Source of the DNA: Schmidtea polychroa
Lineage: Eukaryota
Assembly: GCA_044892525.1 (NCBI GenBank)
Contig: CM097886.1
Location: 164,474,312-164,538,311, forward strand
Direction of reading: 5' to 3'
DNA length: 64,000 nucleotides
In this document: positions 39,514 to 50,325 of the stretch, piece after piece
Layout: every line of letters begins with the position of its first letter
Position numbering within the stretch: position 1 is the stretch's first letter
Position numbers and translations under genes: made by a program
Notes under the pieces: generated by a model
What the model was told of the DNA's origin: nothing
What the model saw: the letters and a program-made list of their open reading frames with translations, nothing else
Databases searched by the model: none

Positions 39514-40378
39514 ACCAATGTTGAAACGCTTTAATACAAGAGCGTATAAAACATATGGTATTAACGATTTATGGCAAATGGATTTGATGGAAATGATTCC
39601 ATTTTCTAAAATTAACAAGGGTTACAAGTATATTTTGACTTGTATTGATGTTTTCAGTAGATTTGCTCGTGCAATCCCAGTCAAAACAAAATCTGCAAAT
39701 GAAATGGCTTTAGCAATAAAATCAATGTTTAAAAATGGAAAAACAATTAATTTACAAACAGATTTAGGTAAAGAATTTTACAATAGTAAAGTTAAAGAAA
39801 TTATTAAAGGAATAAATCATTATTCGGTATTTTCACAATTTAAAGCCGCTCATGTTGAACGATTTAATCGAACATTAAGAGATAAACTTAAAAAGTATTT
39901 TGACTATCAAGGCAATAAAACATGGATAACTGTTTTACCAAAATTGATTAAGAATCACACACCCCACAGAGGTATTAAGGATTTGAAACCTGTTGATGTG
40001 ACTTCAAAAGATAGATTTGATATTCAAGATAAAATTAAAAAGCCAAAATATAAAGTCAATGATCATGTTCGAATATCTAAAATATCTGTTTCACCATTCA
40101 TCAAGAATTTCGACAACAATTGGAGTGATGAGGTTTTTCAAATTTCAAAAATCGATAAAGTTCAAAATCCGGTCATGTATGTTATTAAAGATAGTGAAAA
40201 TAATCAAGTATCTGGTAAATTCTACGAACAAGAGCTCCAGGTTATTCCTTCACCCACAGTATTTAGAATTGAAAAAATATAGAAAACTAAAATGTTGAAT
40301 AAAGATAAACAAATTTATGTCAAGTGGCATGAATATCAAAACCCAACATGGATATCAGCAAAAGATCTAGTAAAATGA
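39380..40378 (+). pseudogene. Retroviral-like (RVE) integrase with C-terminal chromodomain; premature TAG at 40280
   Basis: WQMDLMEM, CIDVFSRF, LQTDLGKEF, VERFNRTLR, YKVNDHVRIS, NWSDEVF; YVKWHEYQNPTW follows in frame after the stop. Confidence 0.93.
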
Positions 40379-41372
40379 ATTTTTATACCATTCTACCGAG
40401 TAATAGTTGTCCAAAAATACATCCAGATAATCAAGCTAGCAAATTTATGGTCAGTTTCCATAATCCTATTTATTTAAATGGTAATTGGGAAGTTGCTTTA
40501 CTTGATTACTCATTTGTATACAATACATTTCCATTTTATAGTAATGCTAAAATTGAATACAAAGAAAATGTATTGAAAACAGTTAGCAATAATTATATTA
40601 TTGAACCTTATGACCAATGATTCAATTAAACGATTATTGCTACATATACATTACTAGGGGAATTTTAAATATTTTTTGTGATTTATATCCATTTGAAATA
40701 ACATTTGAAGATGTGGAAAGTGCGAAACGATTGGGAGTTACCGAATTACCTGTTAAAAATACAAGTGAAACAATGCAAATATTAATTCCACCAGTTATTG
40801 ACGGTGTAGGTAATACTCTCAAAATAAAGTTGACGTATACTGCAATAAGTGAAGCAGTTTTTACATTTACTGATAATTTATACATCAAAAATCTTCAAGA
40901 ATTATTTAACTATATCGCGTTATATTGCTCTCATATTTTCAATACCTTCGAAATTAAAGAAAATATATTCGAATTCAGTCTCCGTGAAAACATAAAAGAA
41001 ATTGTATTCGATGAAAACTTAGTCAAAACATTAGGATTAGAGAACCAAGTATATAATGAGAGACAATTTACTGGAATTCGCAAAGGAAAAATATTTAATC
41101 ATCATCAACAAATGTTCATTTACAGTGATATTATTGACCCGATAAATGTTGGAGATTCATTAGTTTCTCTTCTGAAAGCGGTATGGATTAAAGAATATGA
41201 ACAAGATGAAGTTGTGCAAATACAAATAGAAAATCCCATGTATTTACCAGTAGCAAGAACATGTATAAACAATATAGAAATTAATATTCGTGACGATAGT
41301 GGAAATCTCATTAAATTTCCTAAAGATTCAAAAACTCATTTGACATTACATTTCCGTAAATTAGATGATTAA
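40375..41372 (+). pseudogene. Minor capsid (penton, PX) protein, one frameshift near 40617
   Basis: MNFYTILPSNS...LNGNWEVAL at the N-terminus and MFIYSDII..VGDS...INIRDDSG...LTLHFRK at the C-terminus. ATGA overlap with the integrase stop. Confidence 0.88.
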
Positions 41373-41760
41373 TCCAGATATATTGTCATTGTATAGTAAC
41401 AGTCAAACTGGTGGGGAAATACCATATTTTATCGGTAAACAGTACGGATCAGGTTGGTTGAAAACCATTGGCCGATTTGCGTTACCGATTCTTATGCGTT
41501 TAGGTAGTTTTGGTATGAAAACCGCAAATGATGTGATAATGAATGATCAAAAAATATTACCATCATTGAAAACAAACGCTTTATCTGAAATTAGTAAAGC
41601 ATTACCTAATGTAACATCGCTGATACCCGATGTAGCAAACATGTTTAATGCGGAAGAATCTCAATATAATGCAACAGGTGGATCTCAACCGAAACGTAGA
41701 AAACATGGGAGATATATAAACAAACGAATGAAAGGAAATGGAATTATATTCCAAAAATGA
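41365..41760 (+). CDS. Maverick Gly-motif core-like protein (PW/PZ class)
   Basis: QTGGEIPYFIGKQYGSGW..IGRFALP motif and a basic C-terminus; lies between minor and major capsid genes. Confidence 0.7.
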   Translation: MINPDILSLYSNSQTGGEIPYFIGKQYGSGWLKTIGRFALPILMRLGSFGMKTANDVIMNDQKILPSLKTNALSEISKALPNVTSLIPDVANMFNAEESQYNATGGSQPKRRKHGRYINKRMKGNGIIFQK

Positions 41761-42569
41761 TCTGTGGTAAATCTAAATTGTGCATATTTGATCGACCAGC
41801 GCTTCAAGCAGTTATTGATTATTGGGCATTTGAAGAAGTATTTCCAATGAATTCCATTACTGATAGTAGAAATTATGTTGAATTTTATATATATGGTTCT
41901 CAAACTGAATATTTGGATTTGAATGATACTTTATTAACTGTTCAAATTAAAGTTATAAATTTTGACAGAAAAGATTTGGTTGATACTTCAGACATAAAAC
42001 CAAACAATTACATGTTTCATACACTTTTTAAAGATGCAATTCTTGGATTTAATCAAATTAAGATTGAAGGTGGGAACAATACGTATGCACATAAAGCAAT
42101 AATTGAAACTATTTTAAATAATAATGGTGATACTAAAAATACTTGTCTTACACCTATGGGATATGGAAGTTCTGAAGAAAGAAAAAATTGGATTAAAGGC
42201 TCAAAGGTTTTTACAATGTACTCCTCACTACAGTTTGATTTCATGGATCAACCTAAATATCTACTTCCTGGAGTTAATGTACACATTAGATTGAAACGAT
42301 CTGATTCGGCATTATCAATATTTTCAAAAACTGGAGAACCAACTTGTCAATTAGTGGATGCTAAATTAATGATTTGTCGAGTTCGGGTTGAAGCATCAGT
42401 ATTAGCTGGTCATCAACTTGGTCTTAATTCAAAACATGCAATTTATCCAATCAAAACAAAAGAAATTGTACAATTTGCTATCGGAAAAGGTGCATCATCA
42501 TTTTACAAGGAACAAATATTTGGAGATAGAAGAATTATTAATATTTGTAAATTAATATTTGTATATTAA
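41757..42569 (+). pseudogene. Major capsid protein (PY), 3'-truncated near 42535
   Basis: KLCIFDRP..EFYIYGSQTEYLDLNDTLL and PKYLLPGVNVHIRLKRS. Homology to the second copy stops after QIFGDRR. Confidence 0.9.
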
Positions 42570-43013
42570 TATTTGTAAATTTTAAATAATAAAATAAGTT
42601 CGCTTGAAATAATAAAAAACTAAAAAATTAAAAAAAAATTAAATACCAAATTTTTTAAATGTACTTACCTAATTTTATGTGTATATTAAGCCAATAAAAT
42701 TTCACAATAAAAACAATCAAACACGCGTTTACAGATTTTAAATACATATGTATTTCATTGTACGTAATTAAACAACGTTTACAATTTTAAATATAGATCA
42801 GTAAAGTTTCATGACAAAAACTAGATTAGAAAGAAAAATAAGACAAATAATATTACTGATATAATGCTGGTCATAAAATTGACAAAAATTTTAAAAAAAA
42901 ATTCCATTATACAGATATTTTTATTTTGTTAATAGGCCACAGAATATGATTATTTTTATTTTGTGAATGGGCCACAGAAAATGATGAGATGGGCCGCCAG
43001 TTGGACAGCGCTG
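42540..43013 (-). mobile_element. One-ended hAT (Charlie-like) fragment
   Basis: Minus strand begins CAGCGCTGTCCAACTGGCGGCCC, flanked by TTCTAAAT (central TA). No second TIR is visible. Confidence 0.45.
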
Positions 43014-43211
43014 TTCTAAATAATAAATAATTCGGAAATTAATTAATCATGTTAACCTTTTTCTGTAGTCATTATTAACACTTTAAAACTATATTATAAG
43101 TTTGTTTATAGATTTTCTTTGTTAAATTTGCATTAATGTTGCAATTTCTTTGTTAATAAATAGAAAAAACAAATATGACTAATACATTTATTAAATATAT
43201 TAAATATAACA

Positions 43212-43625
43212 TTAAAATAGTTGTGAAAGTCTAGTAGACATAATTTTCCAAATAGGAGAATACACATCATTATTATCAACTTCATATCCCTGGATTGCAA
43301 TTGTTATATACCAATTTTCATTTTCTTTGAAACTGATTTCATCAAATGCATCATAAAAGTTTGCATATCTGTTGTTGAACCATGCATGTTGATTACATGT
43401 TAGATTAGAATTTATCCGTTTAAAAACATCATCAATAGTTTTAACATCTATCATTGAAAGCGTGCCGGATAAGAATTGAAATTGAGTTGGAATTAGCTTG
43501 ACCGGTGCAACCAATTTCATATTGATTTCTTCTTTCAAAAAATACATTTTGTAGTTGTGGAATATTTGAACCGGTTGTACAAGTTCTTCTTTAGGTTTTT
43601 CGGTGCATGAAATTTTCTTGGTCAT
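43212..43625 (-). CDS. Intact accessory protein, putative OB-fold SSB
   Basis: 137-aa open ORF; C-terminal WYITIAIQGY...YSPIWKI beta-strand pattern. The functional call is an inference. Confidence 0.7.
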   Translation of the reverse strand: MTKKISCTEKPKEELVQPVQIFHNYKMYFLKEEINMKLVAPVKLIPTQFQFLSGTLSMIDVKTIDDVFKRINSNLTCNQHAWFNNRYANFYDAFDEISFKENENWYITIAIQGYEVDNNDVYSPIWKIMSTRLSQLF

Positions 43626-43659
43626 CGTAAATAATGATTAAAATGAAATGTTACAGGGT

Positions 43660-43735
43660 TTTTATACCTTTGACTCATGCCTATCAACCAATCAGATTAT
43701 AGCATGTCTTTGTTTAAATTGCATGTCATTTGCAT
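43660..43735 (-). promoter_or_regulatory. Octamer / ATTGG / AP-1-like / TATA promoter
   Basis: Minus strand has ATGCAAAT at 43735-43728, ATTGG starting 43692, TGAGTCA, and TATAAAA starting 43666. Confidence 0.55.
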
Positions 43736-43878
43736 TAATGTTGCATTAATGTTTTATTATAAATATTGTTTTTCTTATTATTATTTCTAATATTATTATT
43801 ACTATTATTACTATTATTATTTCTATTATTTATATTTCTATTTAAAAAAAACAAAACAAAACAATTCAACATAAAAAT

Positions 43879-44443
43879 TTATTTTGAATCAATCTGACTC
43901 GAGTGGTGATTTCTCAGAGTCTTCACCAAACACCATTCAACATATTGTTGATAATGGAAATTGCAGCAGCTACATCCGAAAATACAAGGATCCTCTGGTT
44001 TCATTTCTTTCATCACCCTATATTGACATCCCATAGAAGGGTGTTAATTATATCGAATATCCAGATTCCTGTTTGGTTGTATACCAAATCCGGATTGATA
44101 GCTGGATCTATATCTTGTAGAATTTCATTTAATTCTGGATAATAGAAGCATAATCTTTGCAGGATANNNNNNNNNNNNNNNNNNNNNNNNNNNNNNNNNN
44201 NNNNNNNNNNNNNNNNNNNNNNNNNNNNNNNNNNNNNNNNNNNNNNNNNNNNNNNNNNNNNNNNNNNNNNNNNNNNNNNNNNNNNNNNNNNNNNNNNNNN
44301 NNNNNNNNNNNNNNNNNNTTGAAATTACCATAAGTTGCATGCTCTTTCGTTGAGGTGATTGCGGAACTTTGTATGTTGTACATTTTTGTTGAATAAATGA
44401 TTTCTAAACAGAAAACATATTGTTTAAAACAATCATTAACCAA
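43879..44443 (-). pseudogene. 'TGI' accessory gene homologue interrupted by an N-gap and a frameshift
   Basis: LCFYYPELNEI...NQTGIWIF...PCIFGCSCC resembles LVFCAPET...ATGINL...CDSPCMCC. Confidence 0.5.
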
Positions 44444-44490
44444 TTAGAAATTAACCAATTAGAAATTAACCAATTAGAAATTGACCAATG
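44439..44490. repeat. 15-bp AACCAATTAGAAATT x3 plus a partial copy, at the TBP-like stop
   Basis: Directly visible; each unit contains CCAAT. Confidence 0.85.
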
Positions 44491-44866
44491 AAATTATCTC
44501 ATTTCGAACATTGTCAACAAATTCCCTACTCTCCAAATTTCTCAACCCCAGCATGACAACCTTTCCATTAGCAAACACGTTGACACATATAGGGTTATAT
44601 TTTATTAGTCTTAGTGCCGGAAACAATTCCTGTTCAAACATACAATCACATTTTTTCGATATGTTATATAGATTGATACTATGTCCCATATCCATAGTAA
44701 TGGTAATTGATTGGATTATAATATTATTTATTCGATATTGTAATTTATTAATATCCAAGGGTTTCTTACATCCCATGATTCTGCATTTACCTGTCTTGAA
44801 AAATATTATCGGGTATTTCCCGCTTCTATCGATAATTTGCTGTGGTATTCCTGGTGGGAACCTCAT
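44474..44866 (-). CDS. TBP-like protein (Maverick-2); frame open upstream as ILANINYRG without an ATG
   Basis: IFFKTGKCRIMGC, FEQELFPALR, NVFANGKVVMLG. Confidence 0.82.
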   Translation of the reverse strand: MRFPPGIPQQIIDRSGKYPIIFFKTGKCRIMGCKKPLDINKLQYRINNIIIQSITITMDMGHSINLYNISKKCDCMFEQELFPALRLIKYNPICVNVFANGKVVMLGLRNLESREFVDNVRNEIISLVNF

Positions 44867-45013
44867 ATTTGATACATCAAAAATTCCTCGATAATTTATA
44901 TTTGCTAAAATTATTAAATCATTTATGAAAATTACTCTTTATATATAATTTTAGTACGAGTTCATTAAATCATCGAATATAAACAAATACTTATATATTT
45001 AAAAAAATTTGAA

Positions 45014-45640
45014 ATGGAATTAAGAAATGATGCAGTATACCAAATCGTTGGTCCGAGTGGTAGTGGAAAAACATTATTTGTTTGCAAATTACTAAAATCA
45101 AATTTATTCAAAACAAAATTCAACAGGATTTATTGGCATAGGGGTGCTGATGAAGAACATGGATTGACGCAATCAAGTTTCTGTAAATTAAACAACATAA
45201 AAATAGTAAAGGGATTCGATAAAAACTGGTCCAGCCGATTAAAGAAAGGTGATGTCATCATTATCGATGATTTGTACCAAGAAGATAATAAAGAAAAGGA
45301 TTTTAATAATTTATTCACTAAAATCAGCAGACATGTTGGTGTAACAGTAATTTTCATAACACAAAATCTATTTCATCAAGGTGGTGCACATCGAACACGT
45401 AATTTAAATGTACAATATTTAGTTATTTTCAAGAACCCTAGAGATGCAACAGTGATTGATTTTCTTGCACGTCAAGCATACCCTAACAATCGTAATTTTC
45501 TTATCAGTGCATTTCAAGATGCTACAAAAATACCTCATGGATATATATTTCTTGATTTCACACAACAATGTCCCGATGATTTACGAGTAAAAACAGATAT
45601 TTTCAACCCAAAAGGTGCCATGGTTTATAAACAAAGTTGA
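45014..45640 (+). CDS. A32/FtsK-like packaging ATPase, intact
   Basis: Walker A GPSGSGKT, Walker B IIIDD, ITQNLF and HGYIFLDF. Confidence 0.95.
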   Translation: MELRNDAVYQIVGPSGSGKTLFVCKLLKSNLFKTKFNRIYWHRGADEEHGLTQSSFCKLNNIKIVKGFDKNWSSRLKKGDVIIIDDLYQEDNKEKDFNNLFTKISRHVGVTVIFITQNLFHQGGAHRTRNLNVQYLVIFKNPRDATVIDFLARQAYPNNRNFLISAFQDATKIPHGYIFLDFTQQCPDDLRVKTDIFNPKGAMVYKQS

Positions 45641-45658
45641 AAACCACTATGAATAATA

Positions 45659-46192
45659 ATGTTTCTAAATGCAAGGGTGAAAAATATTAGGAAATTAAGA
45701 AAATGTATTAGAAAGAGTATTAAAGTTCCAAATGTTCCACCAACAACTAGTTATACACCATCTAAAAAACTTGTAACTGAAAATTTCTCTGCAATGAATC
45801 TTATTTCGAAAAATCCTAAACCTAAACGTAAAACCCGTAAAACCAGTAAAACCGGTAAAAAAGTAGTTAAAAATCATCGCAGTTTTCCATTTTTTAATGC
45901 ATTGTTAAAGGCCACGAGTATGAAAAGAATGAATATATTGCAATCATTCCCAAATTTTGTTGTCGATGATTTACTCAATATTATACTTAAAGTAGTCAAA
46001 GGCAAGATTAAAATCAGTAAATCTAAAAAGCATTTATTGAGCAAACATAGGAAAACTTTGTTATCATTAGTAAATAATAAAAATTGTAAGCAAATGAGGA
46101 AAATTATATATAAACAACAAGGGGGATTTATTGGTGCATTGATACCTTTGGCATTATCATTATTAGGTGGAATTGTAGGAAATCAGTCATAA
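45659..46192 (+). CDS. Basic Maverick conserved protein with QQGG/F amphipathic tail
   Basis: Homologous to 38803-39318. Confidence 0.75.
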   Translation: MFLNARVKNIRKLRKCIRKSIKVPNVPPTTSYTPSKKLVTENFSAMNLISKNPKPKRKTRKTSKTGKKVVKNHRSFPFFNALLKATSMKRMNILQSFPNFVVDDLLNIILKVVKGKIKISKSKKHLLSKHRKTLLSLVNNKNCKQMRKIIYKQQGGFIGALIPLALSLLGGIVGNQS

Positions 46193-46217
46193 ATCAGACA
46201 TAACACAATCATAAACA

Positions 46218-46445
46218 ATGGGTGCTAATCCTTCATTACCCGACATTAAATTTAAATTTAAATATTCTTGCTGTAATGGAGAAGATATGGACAAACCCAG
46301 AAGACGAGGCAGGTTTCGGTGGAGTGGTAAAATTAAAGAAAAGAGTTCCGAATTCGAAAAAGGAAACCCAGAAGTGGTTATCAGATCAGCTCGCGTACAG
46401 TTTGAACAAACCGATGCGGAAACGATTTCCGACAAGAACATATAA
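46218..46445 (+). CDS. Small MGxxxS...CC overprinted protein
   Basis: ATAAACAATGGG context identical to 39322; 75-aa frame overlapping the integrase. Confidence 0.6.
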   Translation: MGANPSLPDIKFKFKYSCCNGEDMDKPRRRGRFRWSGKIKEKSSEFEKGNPEVVIRSARVQFEQTDAETISDKNI

Positions 46446-46642
46446 AACATTTGGTATTGACGATTTATGGCAAATGGATTTGATGGAGATGATACCGTAT
46501 TCGATAATTAACAATGGGAATAAATATATTTTAACATGTATTAATGTATTCAGACGGTTTGGCCGAGCAATACCAGTCAAGGCAAAATCTGCAGATGAAA
46601 TGTCCAAGGCAATTAATATTTTATTTAAAGATGGACATCCTA
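46276..46642 (+). pseudogene. Integrase N-terminal half (runs into N-gap)
   Basis: MEKIWT...WQMDLMEM...CINVFRRF. Confidence 0.9.
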
Positions 46643-46844
46643 NNNNNNNNNNNNNNNNNNNNNNNNNNNNNNNNNNNNNNNNNNNNNNNNNNNNNNNNNN
46701 NNNNNNNNNNNNNNNNNNNNNNNNNNNNNNNNNNNNNNNNNNNNNNNNNNNNNNNNNNNNNNNNNNNNNNNNNNNNNNNNNNNNNNNNNNNNNNNNNNNN
46801 NNNNNNNNNNNNNNNNNNNNNNNNNNNNNNNNNNNNNNNNNNNN

Positions 46845-47173
46845 GGTTTAAAATCACAACTGATATTTAATCCATCCTTGTAAAACATATAGCAATGCGT
46901 TTCTAATATTTGATTCGGAATATGATATGTTTTATCATAATTATTGATAACAAAGATACCGCTACATGTTTTCACAATATTCCTTTTAAAATCAATCTTA
47001 CATTGACTATAAAATGGGAATGTGTTGTACACGAATGTAAAATCTTGCAGTGCAACTTCCCAGTCACCATTTAAAGAAATCGGATTCTGGAGATTGACCA
47101 TGAATTTACTGGCTTGATTGTCTGAATGAATTAATGGGCAACAATTGCTCGGCAAAATAGTATAAAAATTCAC
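46845..47173 (-). pseudogene. Minor capsid N-terminus in an inverted block
   Basis: NFYTILPSN...LNGDWEVAL on the minus strand. Confidence 0.85.
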
Positions 47174-47660
47174 TTTACTAGGTCTTTTGTTGATATCCAT
47201 GATGGGTTTTGATAACCATGCCATTTGACATAGTATTGTTTATTCTTGCCAACCTTTTTAGTCTTCAATATCTTTTGAATTCTAAATACTTTTGAGGGAG
47301 GAATGACTTGTAATTCCTGATCATAAAATTTCCCTTGTACAATATTATTATCATTATCTTTGATGACATACATTACAGGATTCTGTTTAGTATTTATTTT
47401 TGAAATTACAAAGACTTCATCACTCCAATTTGTATCAAAATTTTTATTAAATGGTGATGCACTAATTTTACTAATTCTAACATGGTCACCGACTTTATAT
47501 TTAGGTTTTGCAATTTTTACAGATTTTTTAGAAGTCAATGATGTTTTTGATGTAATATCAACCGGTCTCAATCCATTCAGTCCTCGATGTGATGAATGGT
47601 TATAGCTTGTTATTATTTTCGGTAAAACATTTACCCATTTTTTATAACCTTTGTAAGGTA
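47170..47660 (-). pseudogene. Integrase C-terminus plus chromodomain in an inverted block
   Basis: KWVNVLPKI..SYNHSSH, YKVGDHVRIS, YYVKWHGYQNPSW. Confidence 0.9.
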
Positions 47661-48156
47661 CAGTTATTTTTGTTAATATTTTAGTGTTCACAATTAGGAA
47701 TTGCGAATACTAAAATATAAAATGCCAACATCTGGGAAATCCAGATTTTCAAGAAAATATATATAGCGATAATTTGCTATAGTAAATTATCGCTATAGTA
47801 AATTGAAAAAATTTAAAAAAAAAGAAATCAATAACCAATTAAAGAGTTTAAAGATATCAAAGCTAAATTAGCAGAATAAACAATTTAAGATTATATCAAG
47901 GATATATCAGAAAATCATTCGTTGGATTCTTATCAAAGAAAGGGGAACAAACAATCTTAACAACTATTATATTGGTACAATATCGGAGAGGTAGGACGAT
48001 TACGAAACGGAAGAAAAGAGGTCTGGAGACTGATAGAGATTCACAATAACGAATATAATTTTTTATCCTAAATACATTCTTGCGCAACACAATCTAAAAG
48101 GTAAATTAAAGGAAGTGAAAGAAAAGAAATTGAGAGACCGGCAGAGATTATTATTA

Positions 48157-48861
48157 GTTGATGTGCATATTAGACTGAAAAGGTCCGATTCTGCATTATC
48201 TCTTACAAGTGCAACTGGTGCACTAATATGTCAATTAGTTGATGCAAAATTATTGGGGAGAAGAGTTTGAGTGGACCCCTCAGTATTAGCTGGTCATCAA
48301 TTAGGTCTTAATTCAAAACATGCAATTTATCCATTAAAAACAAAGGAAATTGTACAATTTGCTATTGCTAAATGTGCTTCATCATTTTATAAAGAACAAA
48401 TATTTGGTGATAAAAGAATGCCTAATTTTATTCTGATAACATTTCAAAGTGAAACACAATATAATGGATCATATACTGCTTCCAGCTCAATTTTCAAAAG
48501 CTTTGGTGTTACATTATTGACTTTGTCGAAAAATACTGATTATAGAGAAACATATATTCAAGATTTCGAATATGACAATTACTGTGCAACATATATGCAG
48601 AGTATTGTTAGAAATCTGGGTTATTTAGATAGAAATTTGAATTGTGGAATAACTCTAGAAGAATTTAAAAGCAAATACCCATTTTTTACATTCGTTTTAG
48701 CCCCCGATTTTGATTTAAATCAGAGTCAATTACCACAAAATGGAAATTTACGACTGGATATAAAGTTTGCAAAAGCCATTACTGAACCGGTACATGTTAT
48801 AATATATGGAGTATTTGAAAAGGAAGTTCAAATTACTTCAAATAGAACAGTGTTGGTATAA
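48157..48861 (+). pseudogene. Major capsid protein C-terminal half (one TGA)
   Basis: VDVHIRLKRSDSAL...RV*VDPSVLAGHQLG...FVLAPDFD...GNLRLDIKF...VIIYGVFE. Confidence 0.9.
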
Positions 48862-48925
48862 ATGTATACAGAAACACAGAAAGTTGTCATGGAATAAGTT
48901 GTTTTTATACCGTTTAATTTATTAA

Positions 48926-49273
48926 AGTAGTTCTGTTCAGGTTAATCGAATTGGAAAACAAATATTGGGAAATGAATTTGTTGGAGTTTTTCCTCTTGAT
49001 AAAATTCCATATTTGAGCAATAATCAAGCAATAATCGTCAATACTCAATCGTCTCATCTTGGTGGAGAACATTGGATAGCTATATATATGAAACCTGGTA
49101 ATATATTCGTGTTCGATCCTATGGGTTTTTATTACCCAGCTTTGTTAATATCAAAACTACAAACAATGGGGAAACCTATCGTGTATAATAAAACGATGTT
49201 TCAAAATCCATTGACCCAAACATGTGGTCAACATTGTTTAGCTTGGTTGTTGTATAAAAAATTTGATGTTTAA
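48926..49273 (+). CDS. Adenovirus-like (C5) cysteine protease; start codon apparently mutated
   Basis: FVGVFP, GEHW (His), FDP (Asp), QNPLTQTCGQHC (Gln/Cys). Confidence 0.9.
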   Translation, partial: SSSVQVNRIGKQILGNEFVGVFPLDKIPYLSNNQAIIVNTQSSHLGGEHWIAIYMKPGNIFVFDPMGFYYPALLISKLQTMGKPIVYNKTMFQNPLTQTCGQHCLAWLLYKKFDV

Positions 49274-49674
49274 CAAATGTATCCNNNNNNNNNNNNNNNN
49301 NNNNNNNNNNNNNNNNNNNNNNNNNNNNNNNNNNNNNNNNNNNNNNNNNNNNNNNNNNNNNNNNNNNNNNNNNNNNNNNNNNNNNNNNNNNNNNNNNNNN
49401 NNNNNNNNNNNNNNNNNNNNATTAATATTATTATTATTTACAAAATTTTATTATTTAAATTAACATTCATGATTGCAGTTAGCAACCATGAATGCTAACA
49501 AAGACATTATGTGTTTAATGCCTGATCAGTGCATAAAAAATGATTAATAACAAAGACAGTGCATGATCAGTGCATGTCACATAAAGAAACATAATGACGT
49601 GTGCATGCATCCAAATCTTTACTCACTTTTTGGTGTGTATAATGAATAAAGTTGTTGTGTCCAGCTCGACTGTG

Positions 49675-49724
49675 ATTGGCTGAGACCTGAAAGTATAATG
49701 TTTCCTTATAAACATTATACTTTC
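49675..49724 (+). promoter_or_regulatory. ATTGG plus a TATA box embedded in a perfect 15-bp inverted repeat
   Basis: GAAAGTATAATGTTT-CCTTAT-AAACATTATACTTTC (49689-49724); ATG at 49760. Confidence 0.5.
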
Positions 49725-49759
49725 TCTAAATCATCACAATTAATCTAAAAAAATTTAAA

Positions 49760-50325
49760 ATGAACAATCAAAGCAATATTTTACGAGCCATGTTAACTGG
49801 TGGCAATGGTATGTTCTTATTTATTTTTAATATTATTTTAATTCTTTTTTTATCTTTAGAAAATCTATGGTTTGAAATAACCGAAGGAGATACAATTATC
49901 ATTGAAGATGAAGAAGAAATTATTATGTTAGAATCTGATGATGACACAATGAGTAAATTAATTTTATTTAATTAATTAATTTAAAGAATGATTTAGGTGA
50001 TTGTAAAATAATTGAAATTTCTGAAACGGCCGAAATAAATGAAATGGTGGAATCATCAAGTAAATTTAATTTATTTTATTTTATTTTATTAAAAAACCTT
50101 TTAGTTTAAAATGTTGACTTGGACGATGAAATTAATGGCCAAGCTCGGGAAGCCTCGACTCGAGATGATGAAATTGTTACCACTATGTGGGATGATAAAA
50201 TTGATGATGATGAAATTATTGTCCTTATCCGGGATGATAAAATTGATGATGATGAAATTGATGCCCCAACTCGTGATGTCCTCTTTGAGGATGAATCCGA
50301 TTCTGATATAGAATCAAAATGTTAG
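49760..50325 (+). pseudogene. Four-exon acidic protein gene inside Maverick-2 (introns 49809-49859, 49953-49996, 50060-50104; one TAA at 50107)
   Basis: Three phase-1 GT-AG introns of 44-51 nt join the D/E-rich frames. Confidence 0.5.

Larger units (their letters stand above)
35813..42535 (+). mobile_element. Maverick/Polinton-1, left terminus to truncated major capsid gene
   Basis: Starts AGTAGAAGGATG (AG-type Polinton terminus) with subterminal repeats, then accessory genes, ATPase, integrase and capsid genes. No right TIR, protease or pPolB remains. Confidence 0.9.

Noticed and set aside
44481-44894. 137-aa plus-strand ORF and similar antisense ORFs over ATPase, integrase, capsid, pPolB and Gypsy genes
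   Set aside because: Shadows of well-supported genes on the opposite strand.
46222-46275. N-terminal extension of the Maverick-2 integrase from a non-ATG start
   Set aside because: The equivalent frame in Maverick-1 has a stop upstream of MEKIW, so the ATG at 46276/39380 is the shared start.
48862-48897. Short ATG ORF after MCP as spliced exon 1 of the protease
   Set aside because: No convincing in-phase donor; a mutated start at about 48926 explains the protease frame more simply.
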